DNA from: Chiloscyllium plagiosum
Lineage: Eukaryota
Assembly: GCF_004010195.1 (NCBI RefSeq)
Contig: NC_057750.1
Span: 17,704,859 to 17,753,272 of the forward strand
DNA length: 48,414 nucleotides
Reading direction: 5' to 3'
Shown: piece after piece, positions 23,085-35,655 of the stretch
Numbering within the stretch: the first letter of the stretch is position 1
Layout of the letters: each line of letters begins with the position of its first letter
Notes under the pieces: model-generated
What the model saw: only the letters and a program-made list of their open reading frames with translations
What the model was told of the DNA's origin: nothing
Database searches by the model: none
Position numbers and translations under genes: made by a program

Positions 23085-23575
23085 GAGTCACAGATGTACA
23101 GCATGGAAACAGACCCTTCGGTCCAACCCATGCATGCCGAGCAGATATCCCAACCCAATCTAGTCCCACCTGCCAGCACCCGACCCATATCCCTCCAAAC
23201 CCTTCCTATTCAAATACCCATCCAAATGCCTCTTAAATGTTACAATTGTACCAGCCTCCACCACTTCCTCTGGCAGCTCATTCCATACACATACCATCCT
23301 CTGCATGAAAAAGTTGCCCCTTAGGTCTCTTTTAGATCTTTCCCCTCTCACCCTAAACCGATGCCCTCTAGTTCTGGACTCCCTGACCCCAGGGAAAAGA
23401 CTTTGTCTATTTACCCTATCCATGCCCCTCATAATTTTGTAAACCTCTATAAGGTCACCCCTCAGCCTTCGACGCTCCAGGGACAACAGCTCCAGCCTGT
23501 TCAGCCTCTCCCTGAAGCTCAGATCCTCCAACCCTGGCAACATCCTTGTAAATCTTTTCTGAACCCTTTCAAGTT
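23085..23575 (-). mobile_element. CR1/HER1 LINE 3' fragment
   Basis: ORF 23160..23543 MLPGLEDLS..RRRLRGDLIEVYKIM..TRGHRF..WNELPEEVV. Confidence 0.92.
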
Positions 23576-24350
23576 TTCAATGCTTCGTCTTCTTAACAAT
23601 TGCAATGTAAACTTTTCATTGCAGAAATGGAGTGCCTTTTTGAAAAAAAAAATCAGTACTCAATTTGTAAAATTGTAAATGTCACATGGAAATTTAATGT
23701 GGAAGAGTGGGAAATGATCAGGGGTGGGGGGGGGCGGGCGTGGGTGTGGAGGGAGGTGGAGAGAGAAATGAGGAGGAAACATAAAATTGTAAAAAGGAAT
23801 TCAGGGGGAGGATGACCCAGGGATATACGGACACATATATCAGGTGGGGGAGTCCAGAACTAGAGGGCATAAGTTTAGGGTGAGAGGGACAAGATACAAG
23901 AGGCCTATGGGGCAACTTTTGCACACAGAGGATAATATCCTGAGAGTGAGGGCAGGGGAGGGGAGTTGTAGGTTCACTCAAGTTGTTAGGGTCTGGATTA
24001 TCCGAGAGTGAGGGGGGAGGCAGGTTCACTTTCTTGTAGTAATGACAGGGATTTTCTAGTCCTATCCATCGAAGGAGTGCTACTCGACCGGGCAAATCTC
24101 CCAAGATCCAAATAAAATCTGACATGTCAAACATGGGATTTGCAAAGCTGCAAAATAGAAGTAATCAAAAAGGGTATATAGAGAAAAGGATAACAGAGAG
24201 ATAGGGAGCTATAGGGAGTCCTCCACACAAGAGGTGAAAGTTATACAAAGTAGAGTCAATATTTGTACTACAGTAGACAACCATCACGGGACTAACTTCA
24301 TTCCAGAAAGAAACTGCTCAACATTGTCCAAGAGTGAGATATTCACCAAT

Positions 24351-24667
24351 GGGGCAGTACGGTGGCTGAGTGGTTAGCGCTGCTGCTTCACAGCACCAGG
24401 ATGCCAGGTTCGATTCCAGCTTCGGGCGACTGTCTGTGTGGAGTTTGCATTCTCCCAGTGTCTGTGTGGGTTTCCTCCACATGTTCCAGTTTCCTCCCAC
24501 AGTCCAAAGATGTGCAGGTCAGGTGAATTGACCATGCTAAATTGCCTTCGATGTTAGGTGCACTAGTCAGAGAAAAATGGGTCTGGGTGGTTTACTCTTC
24601 GGACGGTCGGTATGGACTTATTGGGCCGAAGGGCCTGTTTCCACAATGTAGGGGAATCTAACCTAAT
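24351..24667 (+). mobile_element. HE1-like SINE
   Basis: Full head-body-tail similarity to 16297-16620. Confidence 0.85.
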
Positions 24668-25069
24668 ACTGTTGGCATTGTACTGCCAAAAGTCAGCTTT
24701 AGCAAAGTATTGATGTCAGTCATAAAGACTCACTGAGTGAATCTCACACACACAAAGTCTGAGCTAAAGCTACATTTACAGCCAGCGTCTGTATGCCTGT
24801 TTTGATGAAGAGTCACATTAACTCTGCTTTCTCCCCACAGATGCTGCCAGACTTGCTGAGTTTTTGTCAGCAATCTGTTTTTGTTACAGGCAGCGTGCTT
24901 GGTTTGGTTACCCAGTGAACACGGGACTTTTCTGATCCATGGCACAATAGTCACATTGAATCCAAAGTATGCCTGTTACAATGAGCCTGAGGGATGCAAT
25001 CTCCAGTACATCTGAACTGCTGTGTACAGACATAGGTATGTGGACTTACTAACTTAGAGACATACATAC

Positions 25070-25138
25070 CTGCCACTTCTTAATCTTATCCCAAAGGTAT
25101 TTAAATTCTTCAAAGCCCAGCCTTCCAGTGCTGTCAGC
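25070..25138 (-). CDS. CAPNS1: Calpain small subunit 1 exon (ADSTGRLGFEEFKYLWDKIKKWQ), EF2
   Basis: 69 nt, cag acceptor and gtatgt donor; similar to human SDTTGKLGFEEFKYLWNNIKRWQ. Confidence 0.96.
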
Positions 25139-26479
25139 CTGAAATCGATGGGTTAAGGCAGTATAACAAATTCGGTTCAACACCAACAGATACCCCCAAG
25201 CCAAAACATTTGTGGAATTCTCCTGAACTTCAACATGAAAATAAAACCTCCATTGATCAACTGCTTTTCATCACCAGACGTCTCAAGGTACATTTTCAAC
25301 TGCAGCCAATGTTGTGGTGCAAGAAGCACAGGCATATACAGTATATAATTCAAAAATAAAATTAACCCAGTACATCCAACACACCGAATCCAAAATCAGC
25401 AACTCAAGCAGCAGGTCTCCACAGTAATTTGAAAGGTCGAGTTGGGTTTCTGGAACGGGCTCCAATTCCTCACTGATGGTGAAGTTTACGGGTGGAACAC
25501 AGGATATTGAGTGGGAGTTATTGATCAGAGACCAGCACTCAGATGGATACACCAATCACATCTAACCCACTTCACCCCGGCAGCTAGAGATCACGATACA
25601 GAGAAGCTGCACTAACTGAGCAAGATCCTCAGAGAATTAGGAGAAAGGTCTAATGAAGGGCTTATGCCCAAAATGTTGATTCGCCTGACCTGCTGGGCTT
25701 TTCCAGCACCACACTCTTGACTCTGACCTCAGAATTATCTGACACCAAGTCAAATAGGGAGACACTGGGCACAATTCATAGGTCTTAAGGAGTGACTTAG
25801 AGTGGGAGAGAGGCAAGAGAAGGATTGTCAGAAATGGGCACCCAGCCAGCTGGAAGCACAACCGTCAATGGCAGGGTGACAGAATTTTCCACAGGTCAAA
25901 ATGGCAGGAGGTACAAGAGAGTTGCAGGGTTTGATGTGGAAGCCAAGGGAGGGAGGATGAGACTTTGGAGGGAACGGAATAGAAGGTGAACGGTTGAAAC
26001 AAGGCAGCACTGAAGCAGAAGCCGATGAGTAGAGTGGTGGTAAGAGATTAGAAGTTGATGCATTAGGTCAGTATTAGAGCAGCAGATGGAGTCTGGGGTC
26101 TGAGCAAGGGGAGGACTGTTCCATAACAGCAGCAAGCTCTACCCCTGTACCACATTCAACATCAGAAAAATATTTTAAGCTGCTCCACGTAATAAATCAA
26201 ATCAGGGGACTGAGACACACAAGGTGGTCAGTAGGGATAACCGACAGCTCAGTTGGATAGGTTTTAATACATTAACGGCGCAGTACAGGCCCTTCGGCCC
26301 TCAATGTTGTACCATTTTAAGGAGGAGTGTCTTAAAAAGATGGGAAATGGAGTTAGAGTGGGGAAGGAGGTTGACTGAAGGAAGGAGAGATTTTAGGTCC
26401 CATGCTACTGAAGGAACAGCCACCGATGGGGTACAATTAAAATCTCGGAACACTAGTTTCAAAGGTTCAGTAGTTAGCA

Positions 26480-28790
26480 TTTTAGACCATAATTCTAAGG
26501 ATAAGAGTGGCCCTCAGGTGAAAGTATAAAATTGGAGGAAGGTGAACTAAAAATATTAAGTAGGAACTAGGGAATGTATCCTGGGAGCAACTATTGGAGG
26601 ATAAATCCACATCTGGGACGTGGGAATCTTTTAAAGGCCAGTTGATTAGAGTTCAGGACCAGTGCTCCTGTGAAAACTAAGGAGAAGGATGGCAAGAATT
26701 GGAAACCTTGGATGACAAGAGAAAAAGTGAGAGCTTCGTCAACAAGAAAAAGGAGGTATATGCAAGGTTGAGGAAACCAAAAGACAAAGAGGCCTCAAAG
26801 AATACAAAGATAGCAGGAAAAAACTCGAGCAAGAATTACGAGTGTTGGGGTGGGGGGGAGGGGGAGGGGGGAAGAGAGGGGAGTGGCATGAAACAGGATT
26901 AAGGAGAACCCAAAGGCATTTTAGATGGACGTTAGGGGCTGGGAAAGGATAGTTCCACTCAAGGGCAATTCATGCTTGGAGTCGAAGGCAGGCCATTGAC
27001 AAGGTCCTAAGTGGATAGTTTGCATCAGCATCCACAGAAGGAGGAGGACATTGTGGATGGCGAGTCCTGGCAAGGCTTTGATGATATCCTGGTCCATTCA
27101 GCATTTTAAAAAAAAGTGATGGCTTTGGGCGTTTTGAAAGGATTAAGGAAGACAAATCCCCAGGGCCTGATGGGATCTATCCCAGAATAAGAAAGGCAGG
27201 CAAGGAAATTGCTAGGGCCTTGTACAAAATCTTAGTATCCTTTTTAGTCCCAGGAGAATTGGAGAATCATCAATGGCATCCCTTTGTTTAAGAGGGCAAC
27301 AGAGATAATGCAGGAAACAGATGAGTTTTATATCAATGGTAGAGAAATTATTGGAGAATATTCTTAGGGACAGAATTTACTCACATTCGGGAAAATATTA
27401 GCATTAGGTAACACGATATTTGCAGAGAAGATAATGTCTCAATAACTTGACTGAGTTTATTTAAGGTAGTGACATAGATGATTGAGGAGGACAGGACAGT
27501 AGATGTTGTTCACATGGACTTCAGCAAGGCCCCTCATGTTAAGCTGATCCAAAAGGTGGCATCACATGGAAAAATCAGCTGGTAAGATGGATACAGAACT
27601 GGCTCAGCCATCAAAGACAGAGTGTAGCAGTTGAAGGCTGTTTTTCTGACTGGAGGTCAGTGACCAGGGGTGTTTCGCAGTGCTGAGACCCAGATGGTTT
27701 GTAATAGGTGTAGCAGATGATTCGTAAGATGGTGGATGACACAAAGATTGTGGGGAGCTGTGGACAGTGTGAAGAATTGCCAGAGGATACAGCAGGACAG
27801 AGATAGACTCCAGACTTGGACAGAGAAATGGCAGATGACATTTAATCTAGAAAAGTGCAAGGGGATGTATTTTGAAAGCTGTAATGCAGGAGAGAAGTAT
27901 AACAGTAAACAGCAGAACCCTAAGAAGCGTCGTAGATAGAGATCTAGGTATACAGGTCCACAGCTCTCTGAAAGTGGCAACACAAATGGATAAGGTGGTT
28001 AAGATATATAACAAACTCACCTTCATCAGTTGGGGAATGGAATATAAAAACTGGCAAATCACATTAGGGCTGGACAGAACTTTAGTTTACCCATTTTTGG
28101 ACCATTGTGTACAATTCAGGTCTTGGAGGCAATACAGAAACAGTTTACCAGGGTGTTACCTGGTTTGGAGGGCATTCACTACCAGGAGAGATTGGACATT
28201 CACTTGAATATCGAAGGATGAGAGTGACCTTATCGTAGTTTACAAAATTATGAGACCCATTGACATATTGGATAGTTAGACTCTGTTGTTATCCCCCTCC
28301 CAGGGCAGAAATATCAATTATTAGGGAGATACCCATGAGGTAAACGAGGGTAAGTTTAAACAAAAGAGAAAATGCTGGAAAATCTCAGCAGTCTGGCAGC
28401 ATCTGTAAGGAGAGGAAAGAGCTGACGTTTCGAGTCTAACTGACCCTTTGTCACAGCTTTGACGAAGGGTCAGTTAGATTCGAAACGTCAGCTCTTTTCT
28501 CTCCTTACAGATGCTGTCAGACCTGCTGAGATTTTCCAGCATTTTCTCTTTTGGTTTCAGATTCCAGCATCCGCAGTAATTTGCTTTTATCGAGGGTAAG
28601 TTTAATGCAGATTTGTTTTTTAAAAGTATTAAGTGCTTGGAATATGCTGCCACTGGAGATGGTGGAGCCAGACACGACAGCAACATTTTGGAGACATCTT
28701 GCCAGGTACATGTATAGACAGGGACGAGAGGATTACGGATTGCATAGAGGCAAAAGGATTGTAGGTTACAAAGGCATCATCTGTCAGCAC
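26480..28790 (+). mobile_element. Older, degraded CR1 LINE (ORF2 middle to 3' end)
   Basis: Remnants DKSPGPDGIYPR, MDFSKA, VDDTKI, WTEKWQMTFNLEKC, RDLGIQVHSSLK, with many frameshifts. Confidence 0.85.
28360..28590. mobile_element. Palindromic Penelope-derived insertion with 15-bp TSD, nested in CR1
   Basis: About 90-bp inverted arms centred near 28455. cgagggtaagtttaa at 28345-28359 and 28591-28605. Confidence 0.85.
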
Positions 28791-30359
28791 TGGCCCGTTC
28801 CTGTGCTATTTGTTTTTTATTGTTTTATAAGAGGCAAGAATAGGAAGCAGAGATATCTCAAAGGTGTTTGGCTTTGCAGGGTATAACAGAGACAGGGAGG
28901 GGCAAGGACACAGAGTGGTTTGGAAACATGGATGAGAACTTGGGATTGCCATCTACCTCTCAAAGAACTAGCATTGGTCAGCAAGCATTTGATGGGCAAA
29001 TGGCAGTTGGCGTGAGGCAGAGTTTTCAATGACCTAAGGTTTGGAGCACGGTAAGTGAACAAAAGCTGAACCGTTAGGGAATACCAGAGATTGAAACCAG
29101 CCACCTGAGGGATAGCATGGATGTGCTGGCAGAAGCTCATCATCCCTGGGTTAAATAGGGCACCAATCAGATCCACTTGCCTTGGACTGTTTCCCAGAAG
29201 AGAGATGGAACTGGTGAAGAGTGAGAGATTTGGAATAGAGACACGAATCTATAGGTTCACACCTCTGATATTTTATTGGAGCCCATGAGTGAATGTCAGA
29301 GGAACAAATCAGATTGTTCAGCACTGCTCCAGAGAGGTGCTTGCAAGGTCAAGTCAGCTGTCATCAGTGCACATGAGAACCATGTTTCTGGATGCTGTCA
29401 GCAAGAGGTAGCAACAGTCGTTACGTAGGAGCAACCACTCGCTAATGGCTAAATCCTCGGCATACAGAGGCCAGTGGTGCAGGAATGGGAAGGGGCGTCA
29501 CTCAGCTTTGCGTATTGGTCAACAAACACAGAAGCTGCAGGGTGAAGGGGTTGGTCTGAGTACCGACACAGGTGGCAGCTGGTGCAGCTCCGGTATCAAT
29601 GGTGAAAATGGATGGAATTAGGAGAGAGTGGGTCCGCCAACACGACAACAGGGTAAATCGAGAAAATCACCAGCTTTGTGGTTGCAGGAACATCAACGGG
29701 ACGAAGAACGTTTGTCACATGATGTTAAAAATCCCTCGCCCAACCCAGCTTAGATTCTCTAAGTTTATGCTAAGACCATATAAAAAAAACAAGAACAGGA
29801 GTAGGCCATTCGGTCCGTTGAGCCTGCCCCACCATTCAAGAGGATCATGGCTGATCCAGCATTCCTCATGTCCCCTTTCCTGCTTTTTTCCCCATAACCC
29901 TCAATTCTCCAACTGGTCAAGAATCAGCCATCTCAGCCTTAAATATACACCAGGACTCTACCCCCACAGCTCTCTGCGGCAACAAACTCCAAAGCACTCA
30001 ATCCTCAAAAGAAAAGCTTTACCAGATTCTTAAATTGGTGGCCCTTTACGCCCCCTGCTCCTAGACTCTCCCATAAAGGGGAAACATCCTCTCAGCGTTT
30101 ACCCAGTCAAGCCCCTTAAGAAACCTAAAATGTTTCAAACTCCTCAGTCTCAGTAAAGGTCACCATGACACTACTGATTGTTGCAAAATCCCATCTGGTT
30201 CACTCATGTTCTTGAAGGAAATCTGCTGTCTTTAACTGGTCTGGCGTACTTATGACTCCAAACCCACAGGAATGTGGTTGACTGTTAACTGTCCTCAAAA
30301 GGACACCCTTGAAAGAACTTTGTTTTATAAGTTTCCCTACCCCCAATGTCCTCTGTTGA

Positions 30360-30850
30360 GAGTCAGTGTCGTGAGGCACAGAAACAAAACTCTTCGTTCC
30401 AATCAGACCACGCCAACCATAACAACTAACTAGTCCCATCTCCCTCCAAACCTCTCATTCATTTACTTATCCAAAACATCTTTTAAACAATGTAACTATA
30501 CCCATATCCACCATTCCCCCAGGAAGTTCATTGCACACACAAACCACTGTGTAAAACAAAATTTGCCATAGCTTTTTAAAAATCTTTCTTACCTTAAAAA
30601 TATGCCATCTAGTCTTGAAATCCTCTACCCTAGGGAAATGATACCAGCCATTCAACTTACCTATCCCTCTCATGATTTTATAAACCTTTATGAGGTCACC
30701 TCTCAAACTCCTGTATTCCAGTAAGAAACGGTCCCAAACTATCCGTTCTCTCCTCATAGCTCAAACCTGGCAACATCCTGGTAAATCTTTTCTGAGCCCT
30801 CTCCGGCTTTAATAATATTCTTCCCATAACAGGGTGATCAGAACTGCCCG
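30360..30850 (-). mobile_element. CR1 LINE 3' fragment, degraded
   Basis: ORF 30467..30757 SLRGDLIKVYKIMRGI..NELPG. Confidence 0.8.
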
Positions 30851-30973
30851 GTGGTGAAGTGTCGAATTTTTCTGCTGCAGCGAATAAAGAACAATATAGT
30901 GTTGGAAAGAGCCAAGGCCCTCAGCCATTTTGAGTCAAGCTGATAATCGGTTTTACCCTTTTCGAAAGGATAC

Positions 30974-31038
30974 ATCCATAACAGCAACCATACTGCGGCA
31001 AGACTCCAAGCTGAACCCATCAGTCTTCAGATCGGGAT
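30974..31038 (-). CDS. CAPNS1: Calpain small subunit 1 exon ((H)PDLKTDGFSLESCRSMVAVMD)
   Basis: 65 nt, cag acceptor; near-identical to human HPDLKTDGFGIDTCRSMVAVMD. Confidence 0.96.
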
Positions 31039-32025
31039 CTGTGACAGAGAATAAAACATTAGCAGAATTAAACAGTCAGGAAATCACTCTTTTACCCAGA
31101 GGAACAACCAGAGACCTGGCCAGATCAAAGACTGATATCTCTGAACACTGCTCAAAACTAAACACTGTTTTACCACTTCAGTTTTAATACAGCCATTGCT
31201 AAGAGCAACCAATTTCTCCGCCTGCAATCAACCAAAAAAAGGGGGTCTCTTTGAATACAAAAGTTATAATAATTAGAAAATGTCATTTTAAAGAAAGGGA
31301 ACTCAAACACTTTTTCCACAGTAGGGAATTCCTGCTCAAATCTCTCCACTTATGTCTCATTTTCTTCCTTTAACATACTACCAAAACAAAATCTACATTT
31401 CCTCCCGGGTTTTGTTAAGTCAGATGACCATCGCCCTATGTTGCCCCCAGTGTCACATGATGTTCAACAATATTGTAAACCTTTTTGGGGCAGTTTCATC
31501 ATGTTAAAAAAGGTGTTATAAAGCTTGTGTCCACCACATACTCCAGTCTCCAATTTGGGAGGCTGAGTAAGTAAGTTCTGGAGTTTACAGAAACAGGGGG
31601 AATCTCTTTGAAGAATTCAAGATTCTAAAGGGCCAGTCTCCGTAATGGTGACAGTGAAGTTATCATTTTAAAAAAAAAGCGCACACACTCATAACCTGAT
31701 TCTCGAAGACTTTGGAATGGAAGACTGCCATTCTTACCTAGTGTGGCTTTACATAGGTCTCCAGACACACGCAGTGGACTCTGAACTGCCATCGGAAGTG
31801 CTCAACAATTCAACTGTACAAAACACCAATAGCTGTTCACAGCAGCTGCTCATCACCAAGAGAGGGCGATAGACATTAGAGGGACAGACAGAACCAGGGA
31901 AACCAACATCCAGGGAACGAGCCTTTAAAATATCCCATTCCCAGGATAACCAGCCCTCCGAAAGCAGAGTTTGATGTCTCACCAACTGATGTACCAGTCA
32001 GCACAGGGACAATTAGACACAGGGC

Positions 32026-32254
32026 AAAAGTGAGGATTGCAGATGCCGGAGATCAGAGTCTAGACTAGAATGGGGCTGGAAAAAGCACAGCAGGTCAGGC
32101 AGCATCCAAGCAGCAGGAAAGTTGATGTCTCGGGCAAAAACCCTTTATCAGGAATGAAGGCCTGACGAAGGGCTTTTGCCCGAAACTTCGATTTCCCTGC
32201 TCCTCGGATGCTGCCTGACCTGTGATTTTCCAGCACCACCCAAATCTGGACTCT
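32026..32254. mobile_element. Palindromic Penelope-derived insertion
   Basis: Inverted arms around 32155. Plus arm reads CTGACGA-A-GGGC-TTTT-GCCC-GAAAC-TTC (32162-32189). No clear TSD seen. Confidence 0.75.
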
Positions 32255-32783
32255 AAAGGGGGAACTTATCATCTGACCTGGATCTCAACACACACACACA
32301 CAAAAAAAGTACAAATTAAAATGCTGCGCAGGATTATTCAAATGCTTTCCAAGAGTTAAGCTATGGCACAGACTCCTGTTCTAGAGAGTTTAGCTTGTGG
32401 GCAATTCGATTGATACTAAAAGGACACAAATTGTGAGAAATTACTTCTGCTTATTCTAGAGTCCAGGGGCAAGAGGCATTTGTATTTAAAAACAAAATTG
32501 GAGCTACACCTTTAAGAAATGAAACGACGTAAACACTTCTTCATTGGCTGGTACACATTCGGACCTCTCTTCGAGAAATAACAATTGACGGCAAACCAAA
32601 TTGCTCATCTTTAAACCAAGATGGTTACATTTGTGTTAGCCCTTGATATTGAGAAATAGGGATAGAATTAGGTCTCAGTTCTGAGACTCTATGTTGCTGA
32701 TCCCTACAAAAGCAATTTAAATATAATTGCATCACGTGAAGACAGTGTCAAGGCCATGAGAAATACTAAAAGCCTATACTTAC

Positions 32784-32841
32784 GTCTGCAGACAATCTTG
32801 TTGAGTATGTTCTTCAGCTCAACGGGACTCACCTCCATGTC
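32784..32841 (-). CDS. CAPNS1: Calpain small subunit 1 exon (DMEVSPVELKNILNKIVCR), EF1
   Basis: 58 nt, cag/gtaagt boundaries, correct phase. Confidence 0.96.
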
Positions 32842-33589
32842 CTGCAAAGAATCAAGACTCTTAGATCACAACAGAATCACTCAACAATTCACCAAGGTTC
32901 CTCTGACAACACCTTCCAAACCCACAATCTCTACCATCTCCAACATTAAGGGTAGCAGATGCATGGGAACCCCATACCCTGCAAGTTCCCCTCCAAGCCA
33001 TGCACCATCTTGACTTGCAAGTATATTACTGTTCCTTCATAGTCGCTGGGTCAAGATCCTAGATTTCCCTCCCCACTGGCATTGTGGGTCTACAGCAAAA
33101 GGACTGCAGTTGTTCAAAGGGACAACTCACCACCTCCTCCAGGGCAGTAACTACTGGCACAGCCAGAAATATCCATGTCCCACATGGGAATAAGAACTAT
33201 TTCAATTCCATTACTTTACAGGAGGAACAGAAAGATCAAGCCGCAAGATTTTCTCTTAAGACATTGCGGTTTTAATGTGAAACAAGTCACCCTGTTCTCT
33301 TCACCCTCCAATCCTCTAATGTCAATGAGAGGTCATTACGAGCTGGAAAATGGGTCAGGATCATTTCTCACATTGTAGCCAATAGCTGTATGGGTTTCAT
33401 GCATTGAAATATCAAATAGCAGCTTCTGGGTTGAGTGGAGTCCATCTTGCTTCAATGGCTGATCCTCAATTGTACAGCAACAGAGAGTCCTGTTCCTCTA
33501 CTCTCTTTGCTTGGCTCCCTTACCAGTCAGTGCTGACCACCACACACCATTCACTGCCAAAGGGTGGAATAGCAGCTCCTTCTCAGACA

Positions 33590-33805
33590 GGTAAAAACAA
33601 GGACTGCAGATGCTGGAAACCAGATTCTAGATTAGAGTGGTGCTGGAAAAGCACAGCAGTTCAGGCAGCATCCGAGGAGCAGGGAAATCGACGTTTCGGG
33701 CAAAAACCCTCACGATGAAGGGCTTTTGCCCGAAACGTCGATTTCCCTGCTCCTCAGATGCTGCCTGAACTGCTGTGCTTTTCCAGCACCACTCTAATCT
33801 AGAAA
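33590..33805. mobile_element. Palindromic Penelope-derived insertion with 14-bp TSD
   Basis: About 85-bp near-perfect inverted arms (33625-33710 / 33719-33804). ctccttctcagaca at 33576-33589 and 33806-33819. Confidence 0.88.
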
Positions 33806-34308
33806 CTCCTTCTCAGACACAGAATATAGAATTGCAGTGAAATCTCAGGAGTTCACCCCAGACACTGAACAGTTCTGGAAACATAGAAAATAGGCAGAAG
33901 TGGCCATTCGGCCCTTTGACCCTGTTCTGCCTTCAACATGACCATAGCTGATCATTCAACTCAGAGCCCCGGTTCCTGCTTCTCCCAGTACCTTTTGATC
34001 ACTTTAGCCCTAACAACTATTCCAACATCTTCTTGAAAACATTCAATGTATGGGCCTCAACTGCTTTCCATGGCAGAGAATGCCACTCGGGGCTCCACTC
34101 TCTGGATGAAGCCATTTCTCATCTCTTCGCCCTTTCCCAGGGACACAGCAAATCACTCCACTCTGTGGGCAGCAATGGGAACGTTGCTGGAGAGGTTGCT
34201 TTATTGCAGCCGCTGAGGAGCAGAGGCAGGAGAAACGAGGACCCACTCCCTGCTCCTGGTACAGTATCGGACAGAGCAGCGAGGGCTGCAGCCCTGCCAA
34301 CCCTACTT

Positions 34309-35655
34309 TGAAACAGTTTAAGGTGGATAAATCCCCAGGACCTGATCAGGTGTACCCGAGAACTCTGTGGGAAGCCAGAGAAATGATTGCTGGGCCTCTT
34401 GCTGAGATATTTGTATCATTGATAGTCACAGATGAGGTGCTGGAAGACTGGAGGTTGGCAAATGTGGTGCCACTGCTTAAGGGCGGTAAAGACAAGCCAG
34501 GGAACTATAGACCGGTGAGTCCGAACCCGGTGGTGGGCAAGTTGTTGGAGGGAATCCTGAGGGACAGGATATACATGTATTTGGAAAGACAAGGACTGAT
34601 TAGGGATAGTCAACATGGCTTTGTGCGTGGGAAATCATGTCTCACAAACTTGATTGAGTTTTTTGAAGTAACAAAGAAGATTGATGAGGACAGAGCGGTA
34701 GATGTGATCCATATGGACTTGAGTAAGGCGTTCGACAAGGTTCCCCATGTGAGACTGATTAGCAAGGTTAGATCTCATGGAATACAGGGAGAACTAGCCA
34801 TTTGGATACAGAACTGGCTCAAAGGTAGAAGACAGAGGGTGGTGGTGGAGGGTTGTTTTTCAGACTGNNNNNNNNNNNNNNNNNNNNNNNNNNNNNNNNN
34901 NNNNNNNNNNNNNNNNNNNNNNNNNNNNNNNNNNNNNNNNNNNNNNNNNNNNNNNNNNNNNNNNNNNNNNNNNNNNNNNNNNNNNNNNNNNNNNNNNNNN
35001 NNNNNNNNNNNNNNNNNNNNNNNNNNNNNNNNNNNNNNNNNNNNNNNNNNNNNNNNNNNNNNNNNNNNNNNNNNNNNNNNNNNNNNNNNNNNNNNNNNNN
35101 NNNNNNNNNNNNNNNNNNNNNNNNNNNNNNNNNNNNNNNNNNNNNNNNNNNNNNNNNNNNNNNNNNNNNNNNNNNNNNNNNNNNNNNNNNNNNNNNNNNN
35201 NNNNNNNNNNNNNNNNNNNNNNNNNNNNNNNNNNNNNNNNNNNNNNNNNNNNNNNNNNNNNNNNNNNNNNNNNNNNNNNNNNNNNNNNNNNNNNNNNNNN
35301 NNNNNNNNNNNNNNNNNNNNNNNNNNNNNNNNNNNNNNNNNNNNNNNNNNNNNNNNNNNNNNNNNNNNNNNNNNNNNNNNNNNNNNNNNNNNNNNNNNNN
35401 NNNNNNNNNNNNNNNNNNNNNNNNNNNNNNNCAGAGGGTGGTACGTGTATGGAATGAGCTGCCAGAGGATGTGGTGGAGGCTGGTACAATTGCAACATTT
35501 AAGAGGCATTTGGATGGGTATATGAATAGGTAGGGTTTGGAGGGATATGGGCCGGGTGCTGGCAGGTGGGACTAGATTGGGTTGGGATATCTGGTCGGCA
35601 GGGACAGGTTGGACCGAAGGGTCTGTTTCCATGCTGTACATCTCTATGACTCTAT
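34309..35655 (+). mobile_element. CR1/HER1 LINE, 5'-truncated, young, spanning an assembly gap
   Basis: ORF 34308.. KVDKSPGPD..PGNYRPVS..QHGFVRGKSCLTNLIEFF..DLSKAFDKVPH; ends in ctctatgactctatga tail. Confidence 0.93.
34868..35431. other. Assembly gap (N run)
   Basis: Run of n inside a CR1 copy. Confidence 1.

Larger units (their letters stand above)
25139..30973 (-). other. U12-type (minor spliceosome) GT-AG intron
   Basis: 5' splice site GTATCCTTT (30973-30965). Branch point CCTTAAC (25158-25152) about 10 nt before the CAG acceptor, with no long polypyrimidine tract. Confidence 0.9.

Noticed and set aside
23720..23760. G-rich tract with G-quadruplex potential (similar at about 16960-16995 and 26850-26885)
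   Set aside because: These are low-complexity G runs within or beside repeats, with no evidence of function.
28900..29740. Possible old L2-type LINE remnant (minus) and ORF 29572..30033
   Set aside because: Only a faint ADD-like motif is visible, too degraded to delimit. The ORF runs into a CR1-type tail and resembles no protein I recognise.
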